Below, piece by piece: positions 50,828 to 60,818 of a stretch of 64,000 bases of DNA. Numbering within the stretch: position 1 is the first letter of the stretch; every line of letters starts with the position of its first letter. The position numbers and the translations under genes were made by a program. The stretch is from the NCBI GenBank assembly GCA_965215335.1, contig CBDCDA010000001.1:416001-480000 (forward strand). Reading direction: 5' to 3'. Below the pieces are notes generated by a model. It searched no databases and had not been told where the DNA came from. It saw only the letters and a list, made by a program, of their open reading frames with translations. Source of the DNA: an uncultured Candidatus Entotheonella sp. Its GTDB lineage: Bacteria > Tectomicrobia > Entotheonellia > Entotheonellales > Entotheonellaceae.

Positions 50828-52188
50828 CCACCCCGGGCCTTCAATTTCGATAACTTGTCCTTGTAGTTCCGGAAGTAGACACAGAATGGATGGTGGCCTT
50901 TGGGCTCTCTGCACCACGATGCAATATCCCATCCCAGTTCGGCCAAATCCGACGCGCAGAAGACAAACTCCAGTGTATCGGCAAGAAAGATCTCAAATTC
51001 TTGTAATTTCTCTCTTTTCCGGCTTGATTCACTCCCATGAACATAGAAATTGCGGAGTTCTACCGCGGCATCCGTTACGCAATCAATTTCTGGAATGTGC
51101 TCTCCAATCACCTCGGCAAGAAATTTTGATCTATGTCGAATCTTTTGCTTCAGAGGCGCGTTTTTGGGCAACGCTTCTTTTGGCAAGTGATCAAACATGT
51201 TCGCGGCTACAATTAACCGATCAGGGTCATAGTTCCTCTGCTTCCCCCACGCGGCGGTTGAGAATCTGGCGCGAGCCATGCGCCACGATTCATCGCGTTC
51301 CAACCAGGCACGTATCAATTCTTCGAACTTGTCAGGTTGTGCGACAGCATCGACAAGAATGTCGTGGAAGCACGGTTCACGATTTTCAGTTTCTCCATCT
51401 CGATTGGGTTGCATATTTATATATGCACGGGATGAGGTTGGTGGGTATTGGTCCACGTCTATAATGTTCACTTTCAGGAGATTCTGGGGACGGCCAGCAA
51501 TGATCTCAAGAAATCGTAACAGCTTTTGAATTCGCTGATTCATCTCAGCAACGTCGACAGGATCGGGGAAAATTAGTCGGACGGATATTTTATTGTTGAT
51601 GTGTGCACCTGTCTGACCTCCGAAAGGACTTACTTCATTACGGGCAGATACATTTCCGATTGCAGTATCGGCAGAAAAGATTTCTTCCTTACCTGTGTAG
51701 TAGGCTATGACTAAATTTTCATTAAATGATTTATCATTGAAAATGTCCAGTGATGACAACGTCTTTATGTCATTTGACTTCAACATGTTTGTTCCGAAAG
51801 AGAACCTGTCGTGAAACAGGGCAGATGCGTCGTCTACCACTATGGAAACCTCTGAAATGAATTTTTCGGAATGAGAAAAATGGCGATCGCCAATAAAAAC
51901 ATAATGAGGAAAAAAATCGCAGTACTGCCACCCAACCACTGGCCCCAAGGGCCCGCTGTCGCGGGTCTTCACGCAGTCGATCAGAGATACTTTCTTCTGA
52001 TTCTCCAAAACGCCAGTAATGGTATTTCTTTCTGGCAGATTCATATCAAATAAGTCATGCAAGGTAAGCGACCACAGATGCAACAAGCTACCAGACCCGT
52101 CCAATGACAAGGTGCCGTTTATTGATTCCCGATCCGCAGATACGGAAAAGAAACCGTTCTTGACAAATTTGCCTTCGTTTCTGGACAT
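50821..52188 (-). CDS. ApeA-like HEPN-domain protein
   Basis: Low GC; N-terminal G.F...GTLSLDG..S.L / SLIDC pattern; HEPN RNFYVH motif. Confidence 0.75.
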   Translation of the reverse strand: MSRNEGKFVKNGFFSVSADRESINGTLSLDGSGSLLHLWSLTLHDLFDMNLPERNTITGVLENQKKVSLIDCVKTRDSGPLGPVVGWQYCDFFPHYVFIGDRHFSHSEKFISEVSIVVDDASALFHDRFSFGTNMLKSNDIKTLSSLDIFNDKSFNENLVIAYYTGKEEIFSADTAIGNVSARNEVSPFGGQTGAHINNKISVRLIFPDPVDVAEMNQRIQKLLRFLEIIAGRPQNLLKVNIIDVDQYPPTSSRAYINMQPNRDGETENREPCFHDILVDAVAQPDKFEELIRAWLERDESWRMARARFSTAAWGKQRNYDPDRLIVAANMFDHLPKEALPKNAPLKQKIRHRSKFLAEVIGEHIPEIDCVTDAAVELRNFYVHGSESSRKREKLQEFEIFLADTLEFVFCASDLAELGWDIASWCREPKGHHPFCVYFRNYKDKLSKLKARGGI

Positions 52189-52439
52189 CGCGTCATTTCT
52201 CCATCAGAAAGCATCCAGGGTATCATTCCTGGCGTCCAGAGCGACGTTGCGATTCTCGACATCGAAAAAGCCCGTCTGCGTCATGTTCAACTCCTCCGAC
52301 CTTGTCGGTTACGGGGTTTGGCGATTCCATACCGAGTCAATACGGCGGACAGTTTTCAGGCCGCGGTCTCGCTGATGGTGTCGTAGTTGCAAACAGCATT
52401 GCTCCGTGGACGGCTCCTCGGTTCGACTGCTTCTTGCCA

Positions 52440-52558
52440 GTGTATCCGGCAGCCGTCGCCCAGAGCAAGGCCGCGCTTTCGTCTCTTGCAGCAATGGCGT
52501 GGGGTGGGGTCTGACAAGGTTGGAAATGATGGTTGGTATCAAGGAGGTGTCGCGTCAC
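52440..52558 (-). pseudogene. VapC/PIN toxin remnant
   Basis: GTG overlaps the upstream stop; TRHLLDTN / IISNLVRP.P and DESAALLWA lie in shifted frames. Confidence 0.6.
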
Positions 52559-55500
52559 AGAACGACCTCGCGCCCTTCTTCGCATGAGCGCGTGAAGTCG
52601 ATATTCGCCCCGACCAATGGCGACCGCCGCAACGCCTCCAGGATGCCTCCCCGGTTCGGTGATTCGAATGCCTCCGGCAAGTGCTCCACGACGTGGACGG
52701 TCTCCACGCTGACGTGCACGATCCGGCGGACCGCCGCGATCAGGTCACGCGGATCGTCGAACCAGCCGTTGGGGTCGTTGACGATGCCGCTCTCCTTGTC
52801 CCGGGTGATCCGGTAGCGGTCGATGAACCACTCCAGCGGCGTTCGTCCGTTGACCTGGTACTGGTGCGCCGCGACCGGAATACCGCTCAGCCGGATGAAG
52901 TCGTTGACGATGAGGGTCGTCTTTTCGTCGTCGGCGTATTTCATCGCGCGCTCGCCGATCCGGTAGTGTTCCGGTTTCGGCTCTCCAGGTTGCGTGAACT
53001 CGACGTTCAGGGGGTATTCCTGGCAGGTCTCGTAATCGAGATGAATGGCTGCGAGGCGCCGCCCGGCATCGGCGAAGGCGTGAAAATCCGCCGCAAAGGG
53101 AACGCGCGGCAGGTCCTTCGCCAGATCGTTGGCGAAGCGCCTCCGGTAATCGGGCGCATGGAGGATGCCGTAGACGTAATCGAACATTCCGTCCTTGGTA
53201 ATCGCGCTGTCGCCGTAGTGCGTCTGGAAGGCGAGAAGGGCGGCGTCGGTGATGTTGTCGATGCGCTTCAGCCCTTTCGCGTCACAAAGCTCGCCCTGAC
53301 TGTCGGACCCTTGCTGGTGTCGTTCGCACCTGTATCGCGGGAAGCATTGGCCAAATGCCACAAGGTGAAGGTCTGGCATCGTATCGACGATGAGGGCGGA
53401 AAACGGTTTCGTCGAGCCAATACCAGGTACGCAGATGGCGCGGTTTTTGCTATCGGCAGCCGGGAAGATGCGGTCCATCTGGTACTTGTTATGCACGAGC
53501 ACGTAATCGACGTAGCAGCGCTGCTTGACAAAGGGCCGGCACTGTGTCATCCAGACGTTATCCGGCGAATAGACTACCCCCTTCCGCCGCCGTAGATTGT
53601 TCTTGAGTTCCCTGTCCCACCGCAGATTCGAGGAATAGCGGCCGGTGGCCTGATCGATAGTGTAATCGGCGTGTTCTTCACGAACCAGCATGGCGCCCTG
53701 ATAGTCGCCCACCATCGCGTAGGCGTTCGTCGCGCACACGTCACGGGAGAAGTTGTACACCCAAGCGTCTCTGCCGGTCTTGTAGCCGTTGCTGAACAGC
53801 CTGAAGATCGCCTCGTCCGTCTGGCCCGCTTTTGCCGCTTTCGATCCCACTGGATAGAGCTTCTGGAACGCCTCATCGCGCTGACCGATCCAGTCGTGGT
53901 GCCGATCGGGCGTAATCGTTTGCCAGTCCTCGATGCCCGCAATCGACCCTGCCTCGCGCAGGATTCGGAGTTTCTTCTCGCGCGTCAGATAATCGCCGAC
54001 GTCGTGGTAGCGGATGCGGCAGCCCTCATGACCGGCGTCCGGGTTGCGCACCAGGATCGTGACCGCCACCGGCGCACGAGAACCCTGGCCGAACACCTTG
54101 CCACCCTCGCGGCGCGAGCGTTCACCTTGGGTGCGCTGATTCCCCCGCAAATTCAGGACATGGATCGAACTGAACTCCTCGGCCAGACAGGCGCGCACCC
54201 CCGAGTCCACGTTGCCGTCGATCCACGAGCCGTTCGTCACCAGGGCGATCACGCCCTGGTCGCCGATGCGGTCGGAGGCCCAGCGGATGGCCATCTTGCA
54301 GGTGTCGTAGAGGCTGTTCTTGTTCGTCGCCGTGGAGCGGGCCGCGTAGGTCTCGGCAACCCGCTGCTCGATCTCCGGGTAGTCCACGTTGGGGTTGTCA
54401 TCCGCCGAGCTTTTCTGCCCCACCGACCACGGCGGGTTGCTGACGACGACCTGGATTGGCGTGCTCTGCTGGCGTTCGACCCGCTCGCTGTTGCCCGACA
54501 GCCAGTCCTTCGGGAAGCTCGTCCTGGCCGTGTGCAGGTTGAACGTGTCGGTCAGGACGATACCACTGAACGGCTCGTAGGCGCTGTCGGCGCCGATTCG
54601 CCCGTGAAACGCCTCTTCGACGTGGATGGCCGCGATGTAATAGGCGAGCAGGACGACCTCGTTGGCGTGCAGTTCATGGCGATACTTTCTTGACAGGTCG
54701 GCATCCCGGATCAGTGCCGATTGCAGCAGCCGCACGAGAAAGATGCCGGTGCCGGTGAACGGATCGAGGACGTGAACCGCCTCGTCACTCAGGCCGCGGC
54801 CGAATTCCTCGCGCAACACGTCGTCGGCACTGTTCAGGATGAAATCCACGACTTCTACCGGCGTGTAGACGATGCCGAGCCGGTCGGCGTCCTTCTTCAT
54901 GGCCGTGGCGAAGAACTTCTCGTACAGCTCCATGAGCACGCGCTGGCGCGCCTCGCTGTTGTCGAGACCACGGGCGCGCAGCCGCACGCTTTCGTAGAAG
55001 CGCTCCAGGTCGCGGGTTTCGTTCTCCAGGCCGAACTCCGCGAAATCCTTCCGCAGCGCGTCGAGCGCCTGCGCCACCGGATTGTTCCTGGCGAACTCGT
55101 ACCGCTCGAACAGGGCTTCGAAGACCGGCTGCGTCAGGACGTGCTGCGCCATCATGTCGATGGCGCCCTGGCGCGTGATCGACTCGTTGATCGACACCTT
55201 GAGTTCGTCGTGGAAGGCCTCGAACCATTCACCCAGGGTCGCGTTGTCGGGGTTGTCGAGCAGCCCTTCGATTCTCGTCACCAGGCGCGAGAAGATGTCG
55301 GCCACGTCCCTGGCCCAGGTGTCCCAGTATTTGCGGTCGCCGCACTTGTCGACGATCCTGGCATAGATGGCGCCCGGTGGCAGGTCGAGCGGCGGAAACG
55401 GCAGGCCGGGGGTGTCCAGTGGTTCTTTTCCGTCAAGCGCATCGCCACCGAAGATGATCCGTTCCGTCGGATTGTGGTTGAGGTCGATCTGGTTGATCTC

Positions 55501-57390
55501 CGCGTCGAAGCGGTCGTCGTGCGAGCGCAGGGCGCGCAATACGCCCCACACGGCGGCAAACCGTTCGTTGTCGTCGAGCGCCAACGACGGATCGACGCCC
55601 GCGGGGACGGCGACCGGCAGGATGACGTAGCCGTATTCCTTGCCTTGCGCCTTGCGCATGACGCGGCCGACGGCCTGCACGACGTCGACCTGGCTGTTTC
55701 TCGGATTCATGAACAGCACGGCGTCGAGGGCCGGCACGTCGATACCCTCGGACAGACAACGGGCGTTCGAGAGGATGCGGCAGGCGTCTTCGGAAGACCC
55801 CTTCAACCACTCGATGCGGGCTTTGCGGTCCAGGGCGTGGTGCTTGCCATCGACGTGGCGCGTCTCGCACCGGAACGCTCCCGGCCGCTCTGTTTCCGGC
55901 AACAGCGCGACGGCCTGTTCAACGATGCTGTCCCAATGGGCTTCCAGACGTCTGGAGGACTCGATGGTATTGGTAAAGGCGATGGCGCGGCTCAGGCGGC
56001 GGGTCGGGCCGTTGTCGGTCGGCTTGTTCTCCGGGTTCTGCAGGGCGCGCCAGCAGCCGACGATCTTGGCGGCGTCGGTCAGGTTGATCTCGCTGTCCGC
56101 CGACGCCAGGTGGGCTTGCAGGGCGGCGTCCACGTGCTGCTCCGACATGGCGAACACCACGACCTTGTAATCGGACAACAGGTTCTGTTCGACGGCCCGC
56201 GAAAAGGGCAGGCGGTGAAACTCCGGCCCGTAGGTCGCCTCGTCGTCCATGGAAAACACGTCGACGCTGTGGCGGGCCGCCTTCGCCCTGGCGCTTTCCG
56301 TGTACAGCCGCGGCGTGGCGGTCATGTAGAGGCGCCTGGCGGCGCGGATTCTCTCCCCGTCGTGAACGAGCACGAAGGGCGAGGTCTTGTCGCCGGGACC
56401 TTCGATGCCGGTCGTGCGGTGCGCCTCGTCACAGAGGATCAGATCGAATGGCGGCGCGCCGTCGTCCTGGGCCTGCCTCACCAGGTCCAGGGATTGGTAG
56501 GTGCAGAACACCACGGTCATGCCATCGGGCGGGACGTTTCGGAGGGCCCGGGAAATGGCTGCCGGGTCGGTGGTGACGGGGATTTCCAGCTCCTGGAGGG
56601 AAGCGTCTTCGTCGTTGCGTCCGGCGCGCGTGTCGGAACAGATGCCGACATAGTGGTGCGGGATTGCCCGCTGCGTGGCCCATTCCCGCATGGACTGCTG
56701 GAACAGCGATATGGACGGCACCAGATAGAGCGTCCGGCCACCGATGCCCGCGACCGCCTCGGCGATGCGCAGCGCCGTGAAGGTCTTGCCGGTGCCACAG
56801 GCCATGATCAGCTTGCCGCGGTCGTGTTCGTCGAAGTGACGGATCACGTCGTCGAAGGCGGCCTGCTGGTGAGGGCGCAGGTGGAACGATTCGGCGCGGC
56901 AGGCCAGGGCTTCCGGCTCCTGGCGTGCCAGGTCCGGCCAATGGATGGGTCGGCCTGCCAGATCGCCAAAGCGAAGCACGGTGCAGGCGGGTTTCAGGGG
57001 CGCGATGGTTTTCCGTGCGTTCTCCCCCCATTCGTCGCCGGTATCGACGATCAGGCGAGTGGTAAAGGGTTCGCGGGCCGAGGCGGCGATGAAGGAATCC
57101 AGATGCGATTTCGACATGCGTGTGCCGGGCGCGTAGCACTTGCACTGGATGGCGCAGGTGCCGCCGTCGCGTTCGGCCGCGACGAGGTCGATGCCGATGT
57201 CACCGCCGGCGAAATCAGGCCGCTCGGTCACCCATTCCGGCCATAGCCAGACGTCGGAGAAGCGATCCCGGTAAAGCGGATCCTGGACGAAGTACGTCTT
57301 CATCAGGCGCTCGAAGAGGCGGCCTTTCTCGGCTTCCGAAGTGGCGATGGAGCGGAGGTGATCCAGGGTGTCCTGGAAGCCGTTGCTCAT
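52555..57390 (-). CDS. Type ISP single-polypeptide restriction-modification enzyme (LlaGI/LlaBIII-like)
   Basis: Mrr-like IDLVA...AIQCK; helicase MACGTGKT/DEAH/TATPR/QAVGRVMRK; MTase DPFTGTG and NPPW; C-terminal TRD ending YQVNGRTPLEW..DRY...D..SGIVNDPN. Confidence 0.95.
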   Translation of the reverse strand: MSNGFQDTLDHLRSIATSEAEKGRLFERLMKTYFVQDPLYRDRFSDVWLWPEWVTERPDFAGGDIGIDLVAAERDGGTCAIQCKCYAPGTRMSKSHLDSFIAASAREPFTTRLIVDTGDEWGENARKTIAPLKPACTVLRFGDLAGRPIHWPDLARQEPEALACRAESFHLRPHQQAAFDDVIRHFDEHDRGKLIMACGTGKTFTALRIAEAVAGIGGRTLYLVPSISLFQQSMREWATQRAIPHHYVGICSDTRAGRNDEDASLQELEIPVTTDPAAISRALRNVPPDGMTVVFCTYQSLDLVRQAQDDGAPPFDLILCDEAHRTTGIEGPGDKTSPFVLVHDGERIRAARRLYMTATPRLYTESARAKAARHSVDVFSMDDEATYGPEFHRLPFSRAVEQNLLSDYKVVVFAMSEQHVDAALQAHLASADSEINLTDAAKIVGCWRALQNPENKPTDNGPTRRLSRAIAFTNTIESSRRLEAHWDSIVEQAVALLPETERPGAFRCETRHVDGKHHALDRKARIEWLKGSSEDACRILSNARCLSEGIDVPALDAVLFMNPRNSQVDVVQAVGRVMRKAQGKEYGYVILPVAVPAGVDPSLALDDNERFAAVWGVLRALRSHDDRFDAEINQIDLNHNPTERIIFGGDALDGKEPLDTPGLPFPPLDLPPGAIYARIVDKCGDRKYWDTWARDVADIFSRLVTRIEGLLDNPDNATLGEWFEAFHDELKVSINESITRQGAIDMMAQHVLTQPVFEALFERYEFARNNPVAQALDALRKDFAEFGLENETRDLERFYESVRLRARGLDNSEARQRVLMELYEKFFATAMKKDADRLGIVYTPVEVVDFILNSADDVLREEFGRGLSDEAVHVLDPFTGTGIFLVRLLQSALIRDADLSRKYRHELHANEVVLLAYYIAAIHVEEAFHGRIGADSAYEPFSGIVLTDTFNLHTARTSFPKDWLSGNSERVERQQSTPIQVVVSNPPWSVGQKSSADDNPNVDYPEIEQRVAETYAARSTATNKNSLYDTCKMAIRWASDRIGDQGVIALVTNGSWIDGNVDSGVRACLAEEFSSIHVLNLRGNQRTQGERSRREGGKVFGQGSRAPVAVTILVRNPDAGHEGCRIRYHDVGDYLTREKKLRILREAGSIAGIEDWQTITPDRHHDWIGQRDEAFQKLYPVGSKAAKAGQTDEAIFRLFSNGYKTGRDAWVYNFSRDVCATNAYAMVGDYQGAMLVREEHADYTIDQATGRYSSNLRWDRELKNNLRRRKGVVYSPDNVWMTQCRPFVKQRCYVDYVLVHNKYQMDRIFPAADSKNRAICVPGIGSTKPFSALIVDTMPDLHLVAFGQCFPRYRCERHQQGSDSQGELCDAKGLKRIDNITDAALLAFQTHYGDSAITKDGMFDYVYGILHAPDYRRRFANDLAKDLPRVPFAADFHAFADAGRRLAAIHLDYETCQEYPLNVEFTQPGEPKPEHYRIGERAMKYADDEKTTLIVNDFIRLSGIPVAAHQYQVNGRTPLEWFIDRYRITRDKESGIVNDPNGWFDDPRDLIAAVRRIVHVSVETVHVVEHLPEAFESPNRGGILEALRRSPLVGANIDFTRSCEEGREVVL

Positions 57391-57459
57391 TGTCTGACTC
57401 TCCATTGAGGCTAGGCGCATGGCCACGGCGCCCCAAGATCATGCCTTCCGCTTTTCAAG

Positions 57460-57533
57460 TACCCCCTAGAGGATTTGAACCTCTGACCCTCGGATTAGAA
57501 GTCCGATGCTCTATCCAGCTGAGCTAAGGGGGC
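57460..57533 (-). tRNA. tRNA-Arg (anticodon TCT)
   Basis: GCCCCCT/AGGGGGT acceptor stem, GCTC/GAGC D-arm, TCGGA-CTTCTAA-TCCGA anticodon arm, AGAGG-TTCAAAT-CCTCT T-arm; CCA not encoded. Confidence 0.96.
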
Positions 57534-57590
57534 AATACAGAACGACCCTGAAATCCGCCAGGGCAAGGGCAGGGATTCCAGCATGTCGCC

Positions 57591-58238
57591 TTAGATCCCG
57601 GTGACGTGTATGCCACTGCCCTTGACTTTGTTGCGGATGTTGAGGCCGATCAGCAGAGCGGTGAGGCTTTCCACGACGCGGGCGTTGTACGCCAGACCGG
57701 CGTCAACCGGGTGCAGCCCCATCCGTTGCACCAGAGCAATCACTGTTTGCCGCGCCTCGCGGTCGTTGCCGCACACCAGCACGTCACATTCAATCGCATG
57801 ATCGAGGTGACGCAGCTCGTGCGCCGCGACGTTTTGAAACGCGGCCACAACCTTCACGTCATCACCCAGAAGGGCTTGCGCCTCCTCGGTCGCCGAACCG
57901 GCCGGGGGCATCAGCATCTTGCGAGGGTTCTCGGGGTCCAGGGGTACGCAGACGTCGACAAACACCTTGCCTTGCAGGTGTGCCCTGACCGACTCGATCG
58001 TGCTCTTGTGCGCCGAAAAGGGCACGGTGAGGGCCACGACCTCCGCAGCCGCAGCCGCTTCCGGGTTCGCCATCCCCTGGATCAAGGCTTTCCCCAGTTC
58101 CTCGTTCAACTCGTCGGCCACCTGCGCCGCCTTGCCCTGCTGCCGCGAGCCGATGACGACCTGAATACCGGCCCTGGCCCACCGTAACGCCATTCCCGGG
58201 CCTTGCTCGCCCGTGCCCCCCAAAATGCTTACGATCAC
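57591..58238 (-). CDS. npdG: NADPH-dependent F420 reductase
   Basis: GGTGEQGPGMALRWA, IGSR, VPF, AFQNVAA, VESLTALLIGLN. Confidence 0.93.
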   Translation of the reverse strand: MIVSILGGTGEQGPGMALRWARAGIQVVIGSRQQGKAAQVADELNEELGKALIQGMANPEAAAAAEVVALTVPFSAHKSTIESVRAHLQGKVFVDVCVPLDPENPRKMLMPPAGSATEEAQALLGDDVKVVAAFQNVAAHELRHLDHAIECDVLVCGNDREARQTVIALVQRMGLHPVDAGLAYNARVVESLTALLIGLNIRNKVKGSGIHVTGI

Positions 58239-58256
58239 GTGCACTCCTTTTTTCTC

Positions 58257-59015
58257 TCAGCGGAACAGATCACGCTCCGGATCGCGGATCAGTTGGCCCA
58301 GGCAACCGTCACCACGCGGGTAGTCATAGCCCCGAATCACGGCAACCGGTACGTTGTCCAGCTTGTTCATCACCAGTTCGGCGGCGGCCGCCAATTCGTC
58401 CGCTACCGCCAAGGCCGTCACCTTCAGTTCATAGCCCTGCGCATCGTGCTGGCCCGTGTAGTCCACGTTGGCCTGCATACCCGCGAGGCCGATGGCGACG
58501 TTCACCAAGCCTTCGCGCCAGGGCCGTCCGAAGGTATCCGAGATGATTACGGCCACGTCCACGTCCATTTGCTCCCGCAAGCGGTCACGAATGGCGCGCG
58601 CCGAGGCATCCGGGTCCGGCGGCAGCACGGCGACCACGTCATCGCCTTCCATGTTGGACCGGTCAACACCGGCGTTGGCGCAAATGAAGCCGTGATGCGT
58701 CTCGGCAATGATAACCCCACGGTCCATCCTGACAATGCGCCGCGACGCTTGCAGCACCACTTCGACCTGCCGGGCGTCCTTGTCCCATTGTTGGGCGAAT
58801 TGCCCGGCCAGGGGCGAGGGCGTCACGTCGGCCAGCGACACCAGGCACCCCTCGGCCTTGGAAACGATTTTCTGCGTCACCACCACGACGTCGCCGTCTT
58901 GCACCGACAGCGCCGCACGCTCGGCTGCCTGCTGGATGAGGCTGGCCAGATCATCGCCCGGCGTAATGACGGGCATGCCTGGGACACTCAGGATTCGCAC
59001 TTCGGAAATAGTCAT
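58257..59015 (-). CDS. cofE: Coenzyme F420-0:L-glutamate ligase
   Basis: KIVSKAEG, ANAGVDRSN, DTFGRPWREG, DLFR. Confidence 0.95.
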   Translation of the reverse strand: MTISEVRILSVPGMPVITPGDDLASLIQQAAERAALSVQDGDVVVVTQKIVSKAEGCLVSLADVTPSPLAGQFAQQWDKDARQVEVVLQASRRIVRMDRGVIIAETHHGFICANAGVDRSNMEGDDVVAVLPPDPDASARAIRDRLREQMDVDVAVIISDTFGRPWREGLVNVAIGLAGMQANVDYTGQHDAQGYELKVTALAVADELAAAAELVMNKLDNVPVAVIRGYDYPRGDGCLGQLIRDPERDLFR

Positions 59016-59698
59016 GATGACGGGTCACTCACGACAGGGCAGGGTGCGGCCTTACAGCGTTCGAGAACGCCGAGATCCGTCAGCGCCTGCAAGCTATGGC
59101 CGGGAACACGTTGCGCGACAAACACCGCCAGGTCCTCCGGCGTGTCGACGTCCAGAGCCACCCGCGGCAGGCGGCGCACGTCGACCGCCAGGTCGCGTTC
59201 CGCGCACAGCCGCAGATGACGCCGGAAGCTATCGTCGCCGAAGGCCACCGGCAGACAGTCGGGCGGGCTCAACACCAGGGCATTCGTCCCTGTATCCTCG
59301 CGATTGGGTACCAGGACCACCGGTGCCATCGACTGTGCTGCGGAGGCCAGCGCCTCGACGTCCGCGGCGGTCAGCAGCGGAATATCGCCCGGCATGGTCA
59401 GCATGGAAGAGATACCCCGCCGCAGGCATTCCCGGCCGCCTCTGGCCACCGCCGCGCTTTGCCCGCGCGCCTGGTCCTCCCACAGCACTTCTGCCCGTAG
59501 CGATTCGACCAATTCAGCTACCTCGCGGTCGCAGGTCACCACGCCGATACCCGCCAGCCCCTCGGCCTGTACGCACGCCGTCAGCGTGTCGGTCAGGGTG
59601 GCTCGTGCCAACGCCGAGCGTTCGTGAGGCCGCAAAAGCCCCGCCAAACGCTGCTTGGCGCCGTGAAAGTCTTTGGCGGGAATGATGACGTAGGTCAC
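59012..59698 (-). CDS. cofC: 2-phospho-L-lactate/PEP guanylyltransferase
   Basis: IPAK...AKQRL, GDIPL, GTNAL, FG..SF..H, DVDTPEDL. Confidence 0.93.
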   Translation of the reverse strand: MTYVIIPAKDFHGAKQRLAGLLRPHERSALARATLTDTLTACVQAEGLAGIGVVTCDREVAELVESLRAEVLWEDQARGQSAAVARGGRECLRRGISSMLTMPGDIPLLTAADVEALASAAQSMAPVVLVPNREDTGTNALVLSPPDCLPVAFGDDSFRRHLRLCAERDLAVDVRRLPRVALDVDTPEDLAVFVAQRVPGHSLQALTDLGVLERCKAAPCPVVSDPSS

Positions 59699-60630
59699 GT
59701 GGATAACGCCCTTGCAAGGGTCAGCGCCGTGCGCGCCAACGCACGTTTGTCTTCAAGACTGCGCATGACCGTGTTCGTCACCTCGACCCGCAACCCCATG
59801 CCGGCCAGACGCGGCTGCAAGCCGACGTCCTGCGCGTCGATCACCAGCCCGTGCAGCAGATCCCCATAGTACCGGGCTACCCCGCACGCCGAAACTTCCA
59901 GGCCGAGGCCGCGCAGCATCAGATCCGCCGGGCCTTTCAGTGCCTTCCCGGCGACGATCGGACTGACCGCTACCACTGGCGCCGGGCTGTCGATGATGGC
60001 CTGACGCATGCCCGGGATGGCCAGAATCGTGCCAATACTGACAACGGGGTTGCTGGGGCAGATAAGGATTGATTCAGCCTGTGCCAGCGCCGCGCATACG
60101 CCCGGAGCCGGGCGGGCCTGCTCCACGCCCTGGAAAATGACCTCCAGGACCTCCTCCCGGCCGCCGCGCTGCACCAGATACTCCTGGAAATGAAACACGC
60201 CCCCAGGGGTCCGAATCAGCGTGGGAACAGCGTGATCGCACATCGGCAGGATCCGTGACCGGACGCCAAGGGCTTGGCACAAGGCCTTGGTGATGCCGGC
60301 GAGACTTTCGCCGGCGTGCAGGCGCTCGGTACGAAGGATGTGGGTGGCCAAATCGCGGTCGCCGAGGTTGAACCATCCCGCCTCACCATAACGCTGCAGC
60401 ATCGCCAGGGCTTCAAAAGTGTCGCCGCGAATGCCCCAGCCGCGATCCTCATCGACCAACCCGGCCAGCGTGTAGGCGACGATATCGATGTCCGGGCTGA
60501 CGTGGAGGCCAAAGCGTTCCAGATCGTCGCCGGTGTTGCTGATAATGGTGAGCGTTTCGGGGTCCACGAGGTCAACAAGACCGCGCAAAAATCTGGCGGC
60601 CCCCACGCCGCCCGCCAACGCAACGATCAT
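59695..60630 (-). CDS. cofD: 2-phospho-L-lactate transferase
   Basis: AGGVGAARF, NTGDD, PDID, WFNLGDRDLATH, PSNPVVSI, KGPA. Confidence 0.96.
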   Translation of the reverse strand: MIVALAGGVGAARFLRGLVDLVDPETLTIISNTGDDLERFGLHVSPDIDIVAYTLAGLVDEDRGWGIRGDTFEALAMLQRYGEAGWFNLGDRDLATHILRTERLHAGESLAGITKALCQALGVRSRILPMCDHAVPTLIRTPGGVFHFQEYLVQRGGREEVLEVIFQGVEQARPAPGVCAALAQAESILICPSNPVVSIGTILAIPGMRQAIIDSPAPVVAVSPIVAGKALKGPADLMLRGLGLEVSACGVARYYGDLLHGLVIDAQDVGLQPRLAGMGLRVEVTNTVMRSLEDKRALARTALTLARALST

Positions 60631-60818
60631 CCTCGCTCCCGTCCATCCCGCTCCCGTGGCCAGCTCCCCCGACGTGCCAACGGACAGCTATTCTAAAATG
60701 CGGCCATATCTCCTCGCAAGTCATGCTGACGCGGCGCCGGGCAGGGGGTACAATTACCTTCCATGGGCGTCGGAAGATCTGCGACGCCATCACCATACCG
60801 AGGCAAGGAGGCGCACAA

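Noticed and set aside
54721..57246. Long antisense ORFs (841 aa here; also 35935-37983, 41058-42830, 9484-11217, 19591-20901)
   Set aside because: Shadow frames of well-supported high-GC genes; no motifs.
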